Assembly (NCBI GenBank): GCA_964544475.1
Contig: CAZJBS010000010.1
Coordinates: forward strand, 9,961-73,960
Origin: an uncultured Bacteroidota bacterium
GTDB taxonomy: Bacteria; CLD3; SB21
Length of the DNA: 64,000 nt
Direction of reading: 5' to 3'
A model generated the notes under the pieces. It did not search any database. It saw only the letters and a list, made by a program, of their open reading frames with translations, and was not told the origin of the DNA. The position numbers were made by a program, and so were the translations under genes. Every line of letters starts with the position of its first letter. Within the stretch, counting starts at the first letter, position 1. Positions 40,945 to 50,048 of the stretch are shown here, piece after piece.

Positions 40945-42039
40945 CTAAAACGCCACCCCGATACTGTAGAATTGCGATCCATCCCGTGCGTTGAAGTCAC
41001 CGGCCAGCTTCGTGGTGTATGCAAAATCGAATTTGAATATCGAATACGTTATGCCGGCGCCAAAATTGAGATCATACAGTTTTCCGGCCACGTCCAGGGC
41101 GCTTCCGGCCCGTAAGGCGAGAAAATCCGCGTAATCATATTCCAAACCGATATTATGACCGATCCGGTGCCAGCCGTTGTCCGTCCACGTCGTGAACAGT
41201 GCGGATCTGGTGAAGAACTTGCCTGAAAAACTGACCAGCGGATCGCTCCCCGTCGGGCGCCCTCGAACGATCAGGCGGTTGATTTCATACGTCGCATGGA
41301 CATTGTTGAATTCCGACTTGTAGACCGGGTACGTCAGCCCAACGCGCAGGTTGGTCGGCAACGGATCGGCCTGGTCTTCATCGACGTAGGCGATCTTCGG
41401 ACCGATATTCGCCAGGCTGGCGCCAAACGTCAGGTCGTTGATCAGGAGATTCTTTTTCATCACGCCGATATCGAGAGCCACCGAACTGCCGTATCCCTTT
41501 TGGGATTCGCCGGTGGCATTCTTGTTGGCCAGCTTGCTGTAGATGAATTTCAAATTTCCGCCGACGCCAAGATCCTCGCTGAGTTTTGTGCCATATGATG
41601 CGGCCAGGGAGAGGTCGAAGCTCGTAATGCGGCCCAGAACATCACCCTGGTTGTTCGTGATGTCCTGTTCACCGAGGTTAAAGAATGTGAAATTGAATCC
41701 CACGACGCCGATGTCTTCCAGATACCACAGGAAAGAGCCGTAATCGTAATAGAGGTCGCTCAGATTAAAAGCCGGCAGCCAGTTGACATGCATGAAGGCA
41801 ACGTTCTTGTTTCTTTCCGGCGTCGCCACAAAGCCGAGGGCGCCCGGATTCCAGTAGATTGCGTTGGCGTCATTTACATTGGACACACCGGACTGTCCGA
41901 GTCCGTTTTGACGGGCCCCGGGCGGAATGAGCAAAAATAAGACGCCGGCTTCACTCGTTTGGGCGCGGACGGAAAAGGAAGGGAAACCGACCCCGACGGA
42001 TGCCAGAATCAGCGCTGTCAAACAACCACGAAACAACAT
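40945..42039 (-). CDS. porV: Type IX secretion outer-membrane protein PorV (LptO)-like
   Basis: Start placed at MLFRGCLTALILASV. Mature N-terminus GVLFLLIPPGARQNGLGQSGVSNVNDANAIYWNPGALG, which is the PorV hallmark. C-terminal F. It is directly downstream of porU, the canonical porU-porV arrangement. Confidence 0.6.
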   Translation of the reverse strand: MLFRGCLTALILASVGVGFPSFSVRAQTSEAGVLFLLIPPGARQNGLGQSGVSNVNDANAIYWNPGALGFVATPERNKNVAFMHVNWLPAFNLSDLYYDYGSFLWYLEDIGVVGFNFTFFNLGEQDITNNQGDVLGRITSFDLSLAASYGTKLSEDLGVGGNLKFIYSKLANKNATGESQKGYGSSVALDIGVMKKNLLINDLTFGASLANIGPKIAYVDEDQADPLPTNLRVGLTYPVYKSEFNNVHATYEINRLIVRGRPTGSDPLVSFSGKFFTRSALFTTWTDNGWHRIGHNIGLEYDYADFLALRAGSALDVAGKLYDLNFGAGITYSIFKFDFAYTTKLAGDFNARDGSQFYSIGVAF

Positions 42040-42121
42040 GCGAATCCTCCAAAATGACCTTGGAATATGTGAAAATACAATCAAAAGTTGAATAGTTCAA
42101 TCCCTGAACCGTTTGTTGCTC

Positions 42122-45100
42122 CTACCTCGCGATCATCAGCTTTCCGATGGTGTGCGACTCGGAGGCATTGTCCAGTGATTTGACTTTGACCTTGTACAGG
42201 TAGACGCCATTCGCGAGACGGCTGCCGTCCTCATCCCTTCCGTCCCATGGTATGGAATTGTATCCAAAATTGGCCTGGCTGTCGAGCCGGCGAATCCTTT
42301 TACCCGATACCGTGTAAATGGTGATCTGGACCTCGGCGGCCGAGTGACTGACAACAAAGGTGAAGTTCGTTGAGGATCGGAACGGGTTGGGATAGTTCAT
42401 CAACCTGTCAATCTGGATGTGCGATTGATTGAAATCGCTGTCTTCGGTGTTGAGAACTTCAAAATTGAAACTTGCCGACGACGGATTATTGGCGTTATCG
42501 AAGGCGAGTATCCTGGCCGAATGTTTGCCAATAGCCAGTCCGGACAAGGTGACCTGCGCCGACCCGGAACGATAGGAGCCGACGTCGTAGGCAAAAGCCT
42601 CCGAAATATCATAGACGTGCCGGTCATCGATAATGGCCTGAAACTGGTGACCCATCGCGCCCGTGACATTGATGCCGGAGGAATCCCGGAGAACGATTTT
42701 CATGGTTGGCGTCCGTCGTACGGCATCACCCGACGCAAAGGATTGTCCCTCAAATTCTATCTGTATCGAAGGTCCGGTTGTGTCGGCCAGAACAGCTGAG
42801 ACGGAGTCGATGACAATCTGTCTGCTTGAACCGCCGGCATAGACTTCTCCGTCCGCTCCGTAAGCAATGACCGAGCCCTGTTTGTAGCTGTAACTGATAT
42901 CCCTGGGGGTCACAAACGTGGTGGAAAAAGTACCGTCGGTCACGCGGACTCTTCCGCGATACAATACCGGCGGTTCCAGGGCATACGTGATGCGCTGATT
43001 CACATCTGACGTGTATGTCTTTGCCAGCGACCGGTCGAAAACGGAAACGAGAAGGGTTCCGTTAAAATCGGTGTCAATGATCCCGGGTTGCCCTTCCACA
43101 GAACCCGTCAATGTGACCGGACTTAAAGCCGTCAGCACGGCCGGCTGTGCCAGATTGAAGCGGACATTCCGCGTTGCATAATGAATGTCGGCGGCCGGAT
43201 CGCCAAGATAATTGTACTTCTGCTTGTTGTCCTGATCGGAGAATCTTTCGACTTTTCCAAGGCGAATGGCTTCACCAATATTGCCCTGCACTTTCAGGTA
43301 TTTGAAAATGGAGGTCATCAAGTTAGTATTATTAACAGCGAAAACAGCTCGTGTCGCCGCCAGCAGACCAAAGCAACCCCGCTCTTTGGCCACGACGAGC
43401 TCTTCACCGCCACCTTGGACGTTCAGTTGATCAAACATGGCAAAAGAACAGGAGAAGTTTGTGAACAGGAAGTACTTGTCACGGTTTACTATCAACGGAA
43501 AATCGCGCGCATGCAAATAAACTTCCTCGTGGGCCAGTTGCCTAGGATTGCCGTGGCCGACATAGTTAATGATCAGAGCGCCCTGGTTGATTCTCTCAAT
43601 CAGAGCGTCTCTTGCCAGGATTTTCCGGCGGCGCGTCCCGGCCCATTCGTACGGATAGTCGATCAGATAGATTTTGTCCTGAATCAGATACGAGGGAATC
43701 TTGGTTGTATCGACGGCGAGACTTTCGGTCGGCTCCGTGTGCAGACTCAGTTCGTGAATACTCTGGTCGGCAATCTCGTCATCGGCAACGAAGGCAATCG
43801 TCTGTCGCCAGGCCGCCTGAGTCGACTGGGTTTCATGGAAGATAGTTTTCGTGATGCAGTTCGAGGCCTCATCCACCGTATTGCATGGTATCCGCCCGAT
43901 GCTGATGTCCGGTGACGCCAATTGGAAATAGGGAAACGCATACGGCTCGTCGATCGTGAATGCCACGGACACATCATTGATCCATGTGAACGCCTCGTCG
44001 ACCTGGCGATTGTACAGGAAGTACCCCGCTTCTGGCGAGTCATTGTGGATATAGTACGTGGGCACCCAATTGTGATTGGATCGGACCACAATGTGGCGAT
44101 AGTCGTAATCGGCATCTCCCAGCAGCAGAACGTGGGAAAGCCGGTCGCCTCTGTTGGGGGTTTGCCAGCGATAATAGGCATACCGAAGGAAGTCCCGTAT
44201 GGCCGTAGGATCCGGAATGCCCGCGGCAAATTCGTCAAAGATGTCCTGAACGTCGACAACCATGGTCTTGAAGCCGTTGTAGGCGGAGCGATGCTGAGCC
44301 AGCCGGTCAGCCTCATCCATGAAAGCCCGCGGCGTGATGATAACATAGTCGGCGGAATTGGCGGCGCTCTGCAGGTCGGAATTACGATCCCGTTCGACCT
44401 TCGATTTTGAAACGGATTTGGTCCTGGAGGTTGAAAACACGTGATAGCGTTTCGGCGATCCAATATTGGTTGTGTCGCTGAAGGTGACAGTGCCCGCACC
44501 GGTGGATCGCTGGATTTCCCTGGTGGACCAGGGCGTCGTGATATCCCAGACCTTTACTTTTCCCGGATCGGCATCGCGCGTGTTGATCGTGTACTGGTAA
44601 TTGCCGGCGGCAATGGGCGAGAAAACCGCCAGTTCGCCATCTCTCATAATGAGCATCCGGTCGTATTGGATCTCAAACCAGTCCAGAGCGGCCTGGCTTC
44701 CGGATGACGTCGGCTGATACGTCACGGAAAGCCGCCCCTGCGAAATCTGGGAAAGCGGTATCGAGAATGACAGGAATTTGGCGGCCGCGTACGAAAAGAC
44801 GGACGTCGTATACGGACCATTGTTGTCGACCATGACGGAGAAACGGTGTTGGGACGATTTGTTGTTGGCGCCCTTGAAACGAACCGTGTAGTCGGCCGCG
44901 GTGCCGGTCAACGGATCCTTGATCAGTCCTCCGGAGGGCATGTCCGACGATGCCGGGTACGTGGCGTTTTGCCCGCTCGTCAGGAGATCGAAAACCCATA
45001 GCAATCCGGATTCGTGAAAATTCGTCTCGTCTTTTTCAAAATGAAAATTGTCGCGGAATGAACCCTGCGGCGCAGGGTTGTCGCCGGTCGAAGCGCGTGT

Positions 45101-46216
45101 TTCCATCCGGAGACCATCCACGCCATCATTGAACGTCAGCCAATAAATATTCTCTTCACTGTAGTAATTCAGTTGATAGACATGCTTATTGCGAGAGGGA
45201 TCGAATTTCCAATAACGATTTCCCCTTCCATAAAAAAGGACATAGTCGTTGTTGTCGAATTTGCCGTCGGATTCGCCTTCTACGACTATCGCATTTTCCC
45301 GGAGAGCCAGGCCCGACACGCCGACCGGATCGGACGGGTTGGACAAATCCAGTCCCGCCGGCAGGACCGGCAGCAAGCCGCCTCCGTTGTTGTAGATTTT
45401 TATCGTACTCGGATCGATGGTGGACGCGCTGATGCCCAGGCTTTCAAAGAAGGTCTTGTCCAGTTTGTATACGCCTTCTTCGGTGATCCGGATCTTATAC
45501 CAATCACCTGTGTTCATCCCATTGGACGTTTTCCTCAGCATGGCGGAAGCCGCACGCACCTTAAACTGTGCGGCCGATGGATGATTCAGGAAAAGGTTAT
45601 CGGCCGTGGACTTCTCCGTTCGGCCGGCCTGCCGGTAAGCCACGCGTTGGTTTCCGGGAGTGAACACAACCGTTACGGTGAGTTTTTTGTAAAGACGAAG
45701 CCGTTTTTGAACGGGATTGTATCGGACCGGATACACGTTGACATACACGGTATTCCAATCCTGCAGGAGATTCGGCGAGGTGGCGACCGCCGGTGTGGAA
45801 GGAATCCACGCATCCCGCCGGTAGGATTCTCCTTCGACATATTCAACGGATGTCAACATCTGATCCTCAAACGAGGGCAAGCCCACCGGCCGCAACCGGA
45901 CATCCGTCCACTCGACGCTTTCACCTTCGGACACGGTCACCTGAGCCTGCGAGCCAACAGGCAGGGCCAGCAAAAAGCTCCGGTAGGGCAATTCGGGCTC
46001 CATCGCCTTTGACTCCAACTCAAAGTCAGGACCCAGGCGAACCACAGAGTACGACGCGTTTTCGGCCTCAAACGTCTCGATGGGACAGGTTTCCGTCGAT
46101 AGGACGAACCCGCATCCCTGTTCATTCGACCAGAGCAACTCCGTCTTTGACTGCGCAACGCCGCTTGCCGAAAATCCGGCAAAGGCCAAACAAAGCAATA
46201 ATAATATTCTTGCCAT
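42122..46216 (-). CDS. porU: Type IX secretion C-terminal signal peptidase PorU (C25 gingipain-like peptidase family)
   Basis: About 1365 aa from MARILLLLCLAFAG. Central C25-like region (DYVIITPRAFMDEADRLAQHR ... VLLLGDADYDYRHIV ... NYVGHGNP). C-terminal T9SS tail NYPNPFRSSTNFTFVV ... GVYLYKVKVKS. Confidence 0.65.
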   Translation of the reverse strand: MARILLLLCLAFAGFSASGVAQSKTELLWSNEQGCGFVLSTETCPIETFEAENASYSVVRLGPDFELESKAMEPELPYRSFLLALPVGSQAQVTVSEGESVEWTDVRLRPVGLPSFEDQMLTSVEYVEGESYRRDAWIPSTPAVATSPNLLQDWNTVYVNVYPVRYNPVQKRLRLYKKLTVTVVFTPGNQRVAYRQAGRTEKSTADNLFLNHPSAAQFKVRAASAMLRKTSNGMNTGDWYKIRITEEGVYKLDKTFFESLGISASTIDPSTIKIYNNGGGLLPVLPAGLDLSNPSDPVGVSGLALRENAIVVEGESDGKFDNNDYVLFYGRGNRYWKFDPSRNKHVYQLNYYSEENIYWLTFNDGVDGLRMETRASTGDNPAPQGSFRDNFHFEKDETNFHESGLLWVFDLLTSGQNATYPASSDMPSGGLIKDPLTGTAADYTVRFKGANNKSSQHRFSVMVDNNGPYTTSVFSYAAAKFLSFSIPLSQISQGRLSVTYQPTSSGSQAALDWFEIQYDRMLIMRDGELAVFSPIAAGNYQYTINTRDADPGKVKVWDITTPWSTREIQRSTGAGTVTFSDTTNIGSPKRYHVFSTSRTKSVSKSKVERDRNSDLQSAANSADYVIITPRAFMDEADRLAQHRSAYNGFKTMVVDVQDIFDEFAAGIPDPTAIRDFLRYAYYRWQTPNRGDRLSHVLLLGDADYDYRHIVVRSNHNWVPTYYIHNDSPEAGYFLYNRQVDEAFTWINDVSVAFTIDEPYAFPYFQLASPDISIGRIPCNTVDEASNCITKTIFHETQSTQAAWRQTIAFVADDEIADQSIHELSLHTEPTESLAVDTTKIPSYLIQDKIYLIDYPYEWAGTRRRKILARDALIERINQGALIINYVGHGNPRQLAHEEVYLHARDFPLIVNRDKYFLFTNFSCSFAMFDQLNVQGGGEELVVAKERGCFGLLAATRAVFAVNNTNLMTSIFKYLKVQGNIGEAIRLGKVERFSDQDNKQKYNYLGDPAADIHYATRNVRFNLAQPAVLTALSPVTLTGSVEGQPGIIDTDFNGTLLVSVFDRSLAKTYTSDVNQRITYALEPPVLYRGRVRVTDGTFSTTFVTPRDISYSYKQGSVIAYGADGEVYAGGSSRQIVIDSVSAVLADTTGPSIQIEFEGQSFASGDAVRRTPTMKIVLRDSSGINVTGAMGHQFQAIIDDRHVYDISEAFAYDVGSYRSGSAQVTLSGLAIGKHSARILAFDNANNPSSASFNFEVLNTEDSDFNQSHIQIDRLMNYPNPFRSSTNFTFVVSHSAAEVQITIYTVSGKRIRRLDSQANFGYNSIPWDGRDEDGSRLANGVYLYKVKVKSLDNASESHTIGKLMIAR

Positions 46217-46412
46217 ATAGGACAACAACGCTGGTTTTATGGAACTCTCGTGAGGAAAGAGAGACTTCAATCAGATCCTTTTCATCAATAACAACAAACA
46301 AGAACAGAAAGTTATTGTATCAAAGCGACCGATTGGTTCTCCTTTTATGGCGGTTTATTGGGCTGAGTGCAATATAGAAGCCTGCGCCAGTATTGTCAAG
46401 TACATTAAACGG

Positions 46413-46450
46413 GGAGAAAAAAACCAACCGGGCCACACGAGGTGGCCCGG
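46413..46450 (-). terminator. Rho-independent terminator on the minus strand downstream of the 46466..46753 gene
   Basis: Perfect 9-bp stem ccgggccac / gtggcccgg with a 5-nt loop. On the minus strand it is followed by a U-tract (ttggttttttt). It lies 16 nt after the stop codon. Confidence 0.45.
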
Positions 46451-46465
46451 CCAGCGCTGCTGAGG

Positions 46466-46753
46466 CTAGTAGGAGGGAAAATAACGCTTGAAAAGCACAT
46501 CGGTCAACCCGGTCGCTTCCTTGCTGTCCGGTTTGATGTTTCTCTTTGAGAATTCCGCCTCCAGGTAAGCCAGGACTTCTTTCCATTCTTCCATGTTTTC
46601 AATGGGCGCCACAAACCGGGAAAAGTCAGCGGCATTGCCGCTAAACAATTTCTTGATCGCTTTGTTGCGCTTGTCCGCCCAATCGGGTTGGGAATCAAAA
46701 AGGTCCTTGACGGAAATAAGATTACGGCGAATTGCCTCCTGGACTATCGGCAT
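46466..46753 (-). CDS. Hypothetical protein (95 aa)
   Basis: Internal start MPIVQEAIRRNLISVKDL... chosen over the listed 147-aa ORF, because the upstream part has a different character and a terminator follows the stop. No family recognised. Confidence 0.4.
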   Translation of the reverse strand: MPIVQEAIRRNLISVKDLFDSQPDWADKRNKAIKKLFSGNAADFSRFVAPIENMEEWKEVLAYLEAEFSKRNIKPDSKEATGLTDVLFKRYFPSY

Positions 46754-46769
46754 ACGGTTCTCCTTTCGG

Positions 46770-46891
46770 CTAACGTTGAGTGACATCCGTTGGTTTTTTA
46801 TCTGATTTGTCTGACTTAAGAAACAAATGTATGAAGGTACCCAGCACGGCGATGGCCAACATAAAGACCACGACCTTGGTCGTTGTGTCCA
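46770..46891 (-). CDS. Candidate 40-aa single-TM small protein
   Basis: ATG ... TAG ORF not in the ORF track (shorter than 60 aa). It encodes MDTTTKVVVFMLAIAVLGTFIHLFLKSDKSDKKPTDVTQR, a hydrophobic helix followed by a Lys-rich tail. It is immediately upstream of the 95-aa gene on the same strand. Confidence 0.25.
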
Positions 46892-47502
46892 TAAATGAAC
46901 TCCGTTCAATGATCATTGACGCGTCCAATGAGGACGCCCGGTTACGGCCTTCGAATCCTGGTCCGAAAGGCCAATAAGAAACACGAATGGATGGGAATCA
47001 GGAAACGGGGGGGCCGCGAAAAGAACTCGAACGACCGAGACAGGCGGTATGCGTCGATAGATTGTGGATGAAAAAGCGATGAATTCTGAAAAAGGCCAGC
47101 TGATAGGAGCGTGGCGGCGGAAGCGAAAATTTCAATTTCGGTTGTGACCATTGAGAGGTCACATCATCCTTCGGCCCATTCAAAAGAGCGTGGGAACTCT
47201 CGTGATCCGGGAGGAGGATCTTGTGGGAAGGCAGGGCTGTTCCTCTGGAATCGCCGCGAGCCACGTCGGTCGGAACGGAGGCCCAGAGAAGGCCGGCATT
47301 CAGGAAAAGCAGAACCATCCAGCCGGCATACCACTTCTTGATGTGGGAATACACATTCATCTGGATCAAAACTTAGGTCAGACCGCCCGAAAATGCAAGC
47401 CTTGATTGGTCGTGGCTGACCCAGGAAACCTGGAATGGATTAAAACTTGCGTCCGTGTGGTTTTTTTTCTACGTTGCCAGAAGTTTCAGAAAAAGTTGAA
47501 AG

Positions 47503-48597
47503 TTGAAAAGTATGCTGGACGTGGTTCTTGATAAAATACAAAGCGGCGAGCGGCTGACGTTTGAGGACGGGGTGGCCCTTTTCCAGTGCTACGAATTGCC
47601 GACGCTTGGATTTCTGGCCCATACCGCGCGGCAGGCGCGTTGTCCGGAACCGGTCGTGACGTACATCATCGACCGGAATATCAATTACACCAACGTGTGC
47701 GTGGACCTGTGCAGTTTTTGCGCCTTCTACCGGCCGGTCGGCTCTGCCGAGGGATACGTTCTGCCGTATGAGGTCATCGATCAGAAAATAGACGAACTGA
47801 TCGCTTTGGACGGCATCCAAATATTGATGCAGGGCGGGCTTAATCCAAAACTCAAGATCGAATACTACGAAGACTTGTTCCATCATCTCAAGACCAAATT
47901 CCCGCAGATATGGCTGCACGTCCTGAGCGCTCCGGAAATCAACTACATCGCCAAAGTCTCAGGGCTGGATCTGGAGACCACGTTGAGCCGTCTCAAAGCG
48001 GCGGGTCTCGACTCGGTGCCGGGCGCCGGCGCGGAAATTCTCGTGGATCGCGTTCGCGAGGAGATTTCCCGCGGCAAATGCGACGCCGAATCCTGGCTGA
48101 ATGTCCATCGAACCTGCCACCGTCTGGGCATACCGACGACGGCCACCATGATGTACGGTCATGTCGAGTCCATCGAGGAACGCGTGGAGCATCTGCTCAA
48201 AATCCGCGACGTGCAGGACGAAAGCCTGGCCCGGTACGGGTCGGGATTCACGGCTTTTATTCCGTGGAATTTCCAACCGGACAACGTGCCCCTCGGACAG
48301 AATCCCAATGTTCGACTGACCACCACCGTCGAGTACCTGCAGACGCTGGCCATCTCGCGCCTGATGCTGGATAATATTGTGAATTTCCAGGTGTCGTGGG
48401 TGACCCAGGGTCAGGATGTCGCCCAATTGGGCCTGTATTACGGCGCCAACGATTTTGGGAGCCTGATGATCGAGGAAAATGTGGTGAGTCAGAATGGGAC
48501 GAGTTTCAAGGTCACGGTTCGTGACATCGAAAAGATGATCGCGGACGCCGGATTTGTACCCAAGCGCCGCAACAACACCTACCAGACCCTCAACTGA
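47503..48597 (+). CDS. Radical SAM enzyme, MqnE/MqnC family (futalosine-pathway menaquinone biosynthesis)
   Basis: 364 aa. Cluster motif CVDLCSFCAF (CX3CX2C). Size and C-terminal region are consistent with aminofutalosine or cyclic dehypoxanthinyl futalosine synthases. Confidence 0.6.
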   Translation: MKSMLDVVLDKIQSGERLTFEDGVALFQCYELPTLGFLAHTARQARCPEPVVTYIIDRNINYTNVCVDLCSFCAFYRPVGSAEGYVLPYEVIDQKIDELIALDGIQILMQGGLNPKLKIEYYEDLFHHLKTKFPQIWLHVLSAPEINYIAKVSGLDLETTLSRLKAAGLDSVPGAGAEILVDRVREEISRGKCDAESWLNVHRTCHRLGIPTTATMMYGHVESIEERVEHLLKIRDVQDESLARYGSGFTAFIPWNFQPDNVPLGQNPNVRLTTTVEYLQTLAISRLMLDNIVNFQVSWVTQGQDVAQLGLYYGANDFGSLMIEENVVSQNGTSFKVTVRDIEKMIADAGFVPKRRNNTYQTLN

Positions 48598-48603
48598 GAC
48601 GTC

Positions 48604-49863
48604 TCAGTACGTCTTGCGAATCGTCGTTCCCCTGTAAAAGAACTGCAGAATCTGACCGTACGTATAGCCTTGTCTGGCCAGCTCCAGCGCGGCGTACTGG
48701 CACATGCCTACACCGTGTCCAAATCCCGCGCCCTGGCACTTCAGGGTCTTGATCGTTCCATCGTCATGCCGTTCGATGGCCACCCGGAATAGGGCACTGT
48801 AGAGGATATTCCTGGGTCCCCTCAGAATGCGCCGGGCCTGTTCCCCGGTGACGGTGTAACTGTCCTTGGTAAAACCGAATTTCACTTCGGTGATCCGTTG
48901 GGAGGAGTCTCGACCCAGAACGGCGACATTATACAGCCGTTGTGAGGCCAGTTTTGAAAAATCCTCACCGGCCAGCGACGGTCCGAGGACCTTTGGCAGA
49001 TTCGTTTTGACCAGTTCCTCGAGGTCCTGGCCGTTCCACGAGACCTCCCAGCGGTAATGCGGCGATTTTTCGCACAGGCATTTCTCGCCGATGCGGTCGC
49101 TGACACGGGTCAAATATCCCACCGCGGTCGAGCTCTTCCACACGTCCACCGGATTGGAAGTGACGCCGCCGCAGGTTGAAAAATACAGGGCATTGATGGG
49201 TTTGCCGTCAAACTCGGCGATTTCGCCGGCCGTCTCAATGACCGCCTGGTTCGTGGCGTCACTTTCGCTCGAGGCGCCCTGGTACACCTGGTCGTTCTGG
49301 TCGTTGACGAAATCGAAGGCCTTCTTGTATTTGCCTTTATTGCGGACGGCATAGGTGCGGGCGGCGATCGCCTGGGCCTTGGCCGCCTCAATCTGATCTC
49401 CGCTCACCCGGCCGATCTCGTTGCGTACGACGCCCATCAGATAGGATTCCATGTCCAGCGTATTGACCACATGCAGCACACTGTCTTCCACAAAGGCGGC
49501 CAGGTCGCCGCGATACGATTGGCCACCGAGCTCAAACCGGTTTGCCGGTCCGGGTGCGGGGATCATGATGCGCGCCGCCCGCGTCAAAAAAATACCTTGC
49601 GCGTCTGACACTTCCACTGTATCATTGGCCCGCCTGAGTTGGAATTTCTGATTGGGCTGGACGGCCAGCATCTCTTTGCCGTTTTCGTCTTTGACCGAAA
49701 TTACCGAAGTGGCGGATACGGTGACAAACAAATCGGCTTTGGCCACCAGAATTCGAACCACCGGAATGGTTTTGGTGTCCGGCAGGGCGCGCGTCGTCAC
49801 CCGGGGTGAGCAGGCGAGGATATTTAAGCTTAATAAAAATAGAAGGATTGAACGTTGTTTCAT
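48604..49863 (-). CDS. SpoIID/LytB-domain protein
   Basis: 419 aa with signal peptide. Central SpoIID region (NTLDMESYLMGVV ... ALYFSTCGG ... VGMCQYAA). Confidence 0.75.
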   Translation of the reverse strand: MKQRSILLFLLSLNILACSPRVTTRALPDTKTIPVVRILVAKADLFVTVSATSVISVKDENGKEMLAVQPNQKFQLRRANDTVEVSDAQGIFLTRAARIMIPAPGPANRFELGGQSYRGDLAAFVEDSVLHVVNTLDMESYLMGVVRNEIGRVSGDQIEAAKAQAIAARTYAVRNKGKYKKAFDFVNDQNDQVYQGASSESDATNQAVIETAGEIAEFDGKPINALYFSTCGGVTSNPVDVWKSSTAVGYLTRVSDRIGEKCLCEKSPHYRWEVSWNGQDLEELVKTNLPKVLGPSLAGEDFSKLASQRLYNVAVLGRDSSQRITEVKFGFTKDSYTVTGEQARRILRGPRNILYSALFRVAIERHDDGTIKTLKCQGAGFGHGVGMCQYAALELARQGYTYGQILQFFYRGTTIRKTY

Positions 49864-49944
49864 TTTTTGACCGTTGGTTTAGCTTGCTTGTACAATGATG
49901 TTACTTGCGCATCCGAGTCGTCCAAACACTTCTGAGAGAGAGAA

Positions 49945-50034
49945 ATGACCGAAGTACTGTTGATTGTCATGGCCGGAGGACTTTTCCTGGCCTTTTGCGG
50001 CACGCTCCTCGTCCTGCATCGTTACTATAAATAG
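49945..50034 (+). CDS. Candidate 29-aa hydrophobic small peptide
   Basis: ATG preceded by gagagagag. It encodes MTEVLLIVMAGGLFLAFCGTLLVLHRYYK in a 185-bp gap between two minus-strand genes. Speculative. Confidence 0.2.
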   Translation: MTEVLLIVMAGGLFLAFCGTLLVLHRYYK

Positions 50035-50048
50035 AAGACTCCGGAAAA

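Noticed and set aside
43181-46012. Several 160-280-aa + strand ORFs
   Set aside because: They are all antisense inside porU.
49990-50015. Sigma-54 promoter-like string GGCACG-ctcc-tcgt
   Set aside because: The -12 element does not match TTGC, and the string lies inside a candidate small ORF upstream of a regulator gene on the opposite strand.
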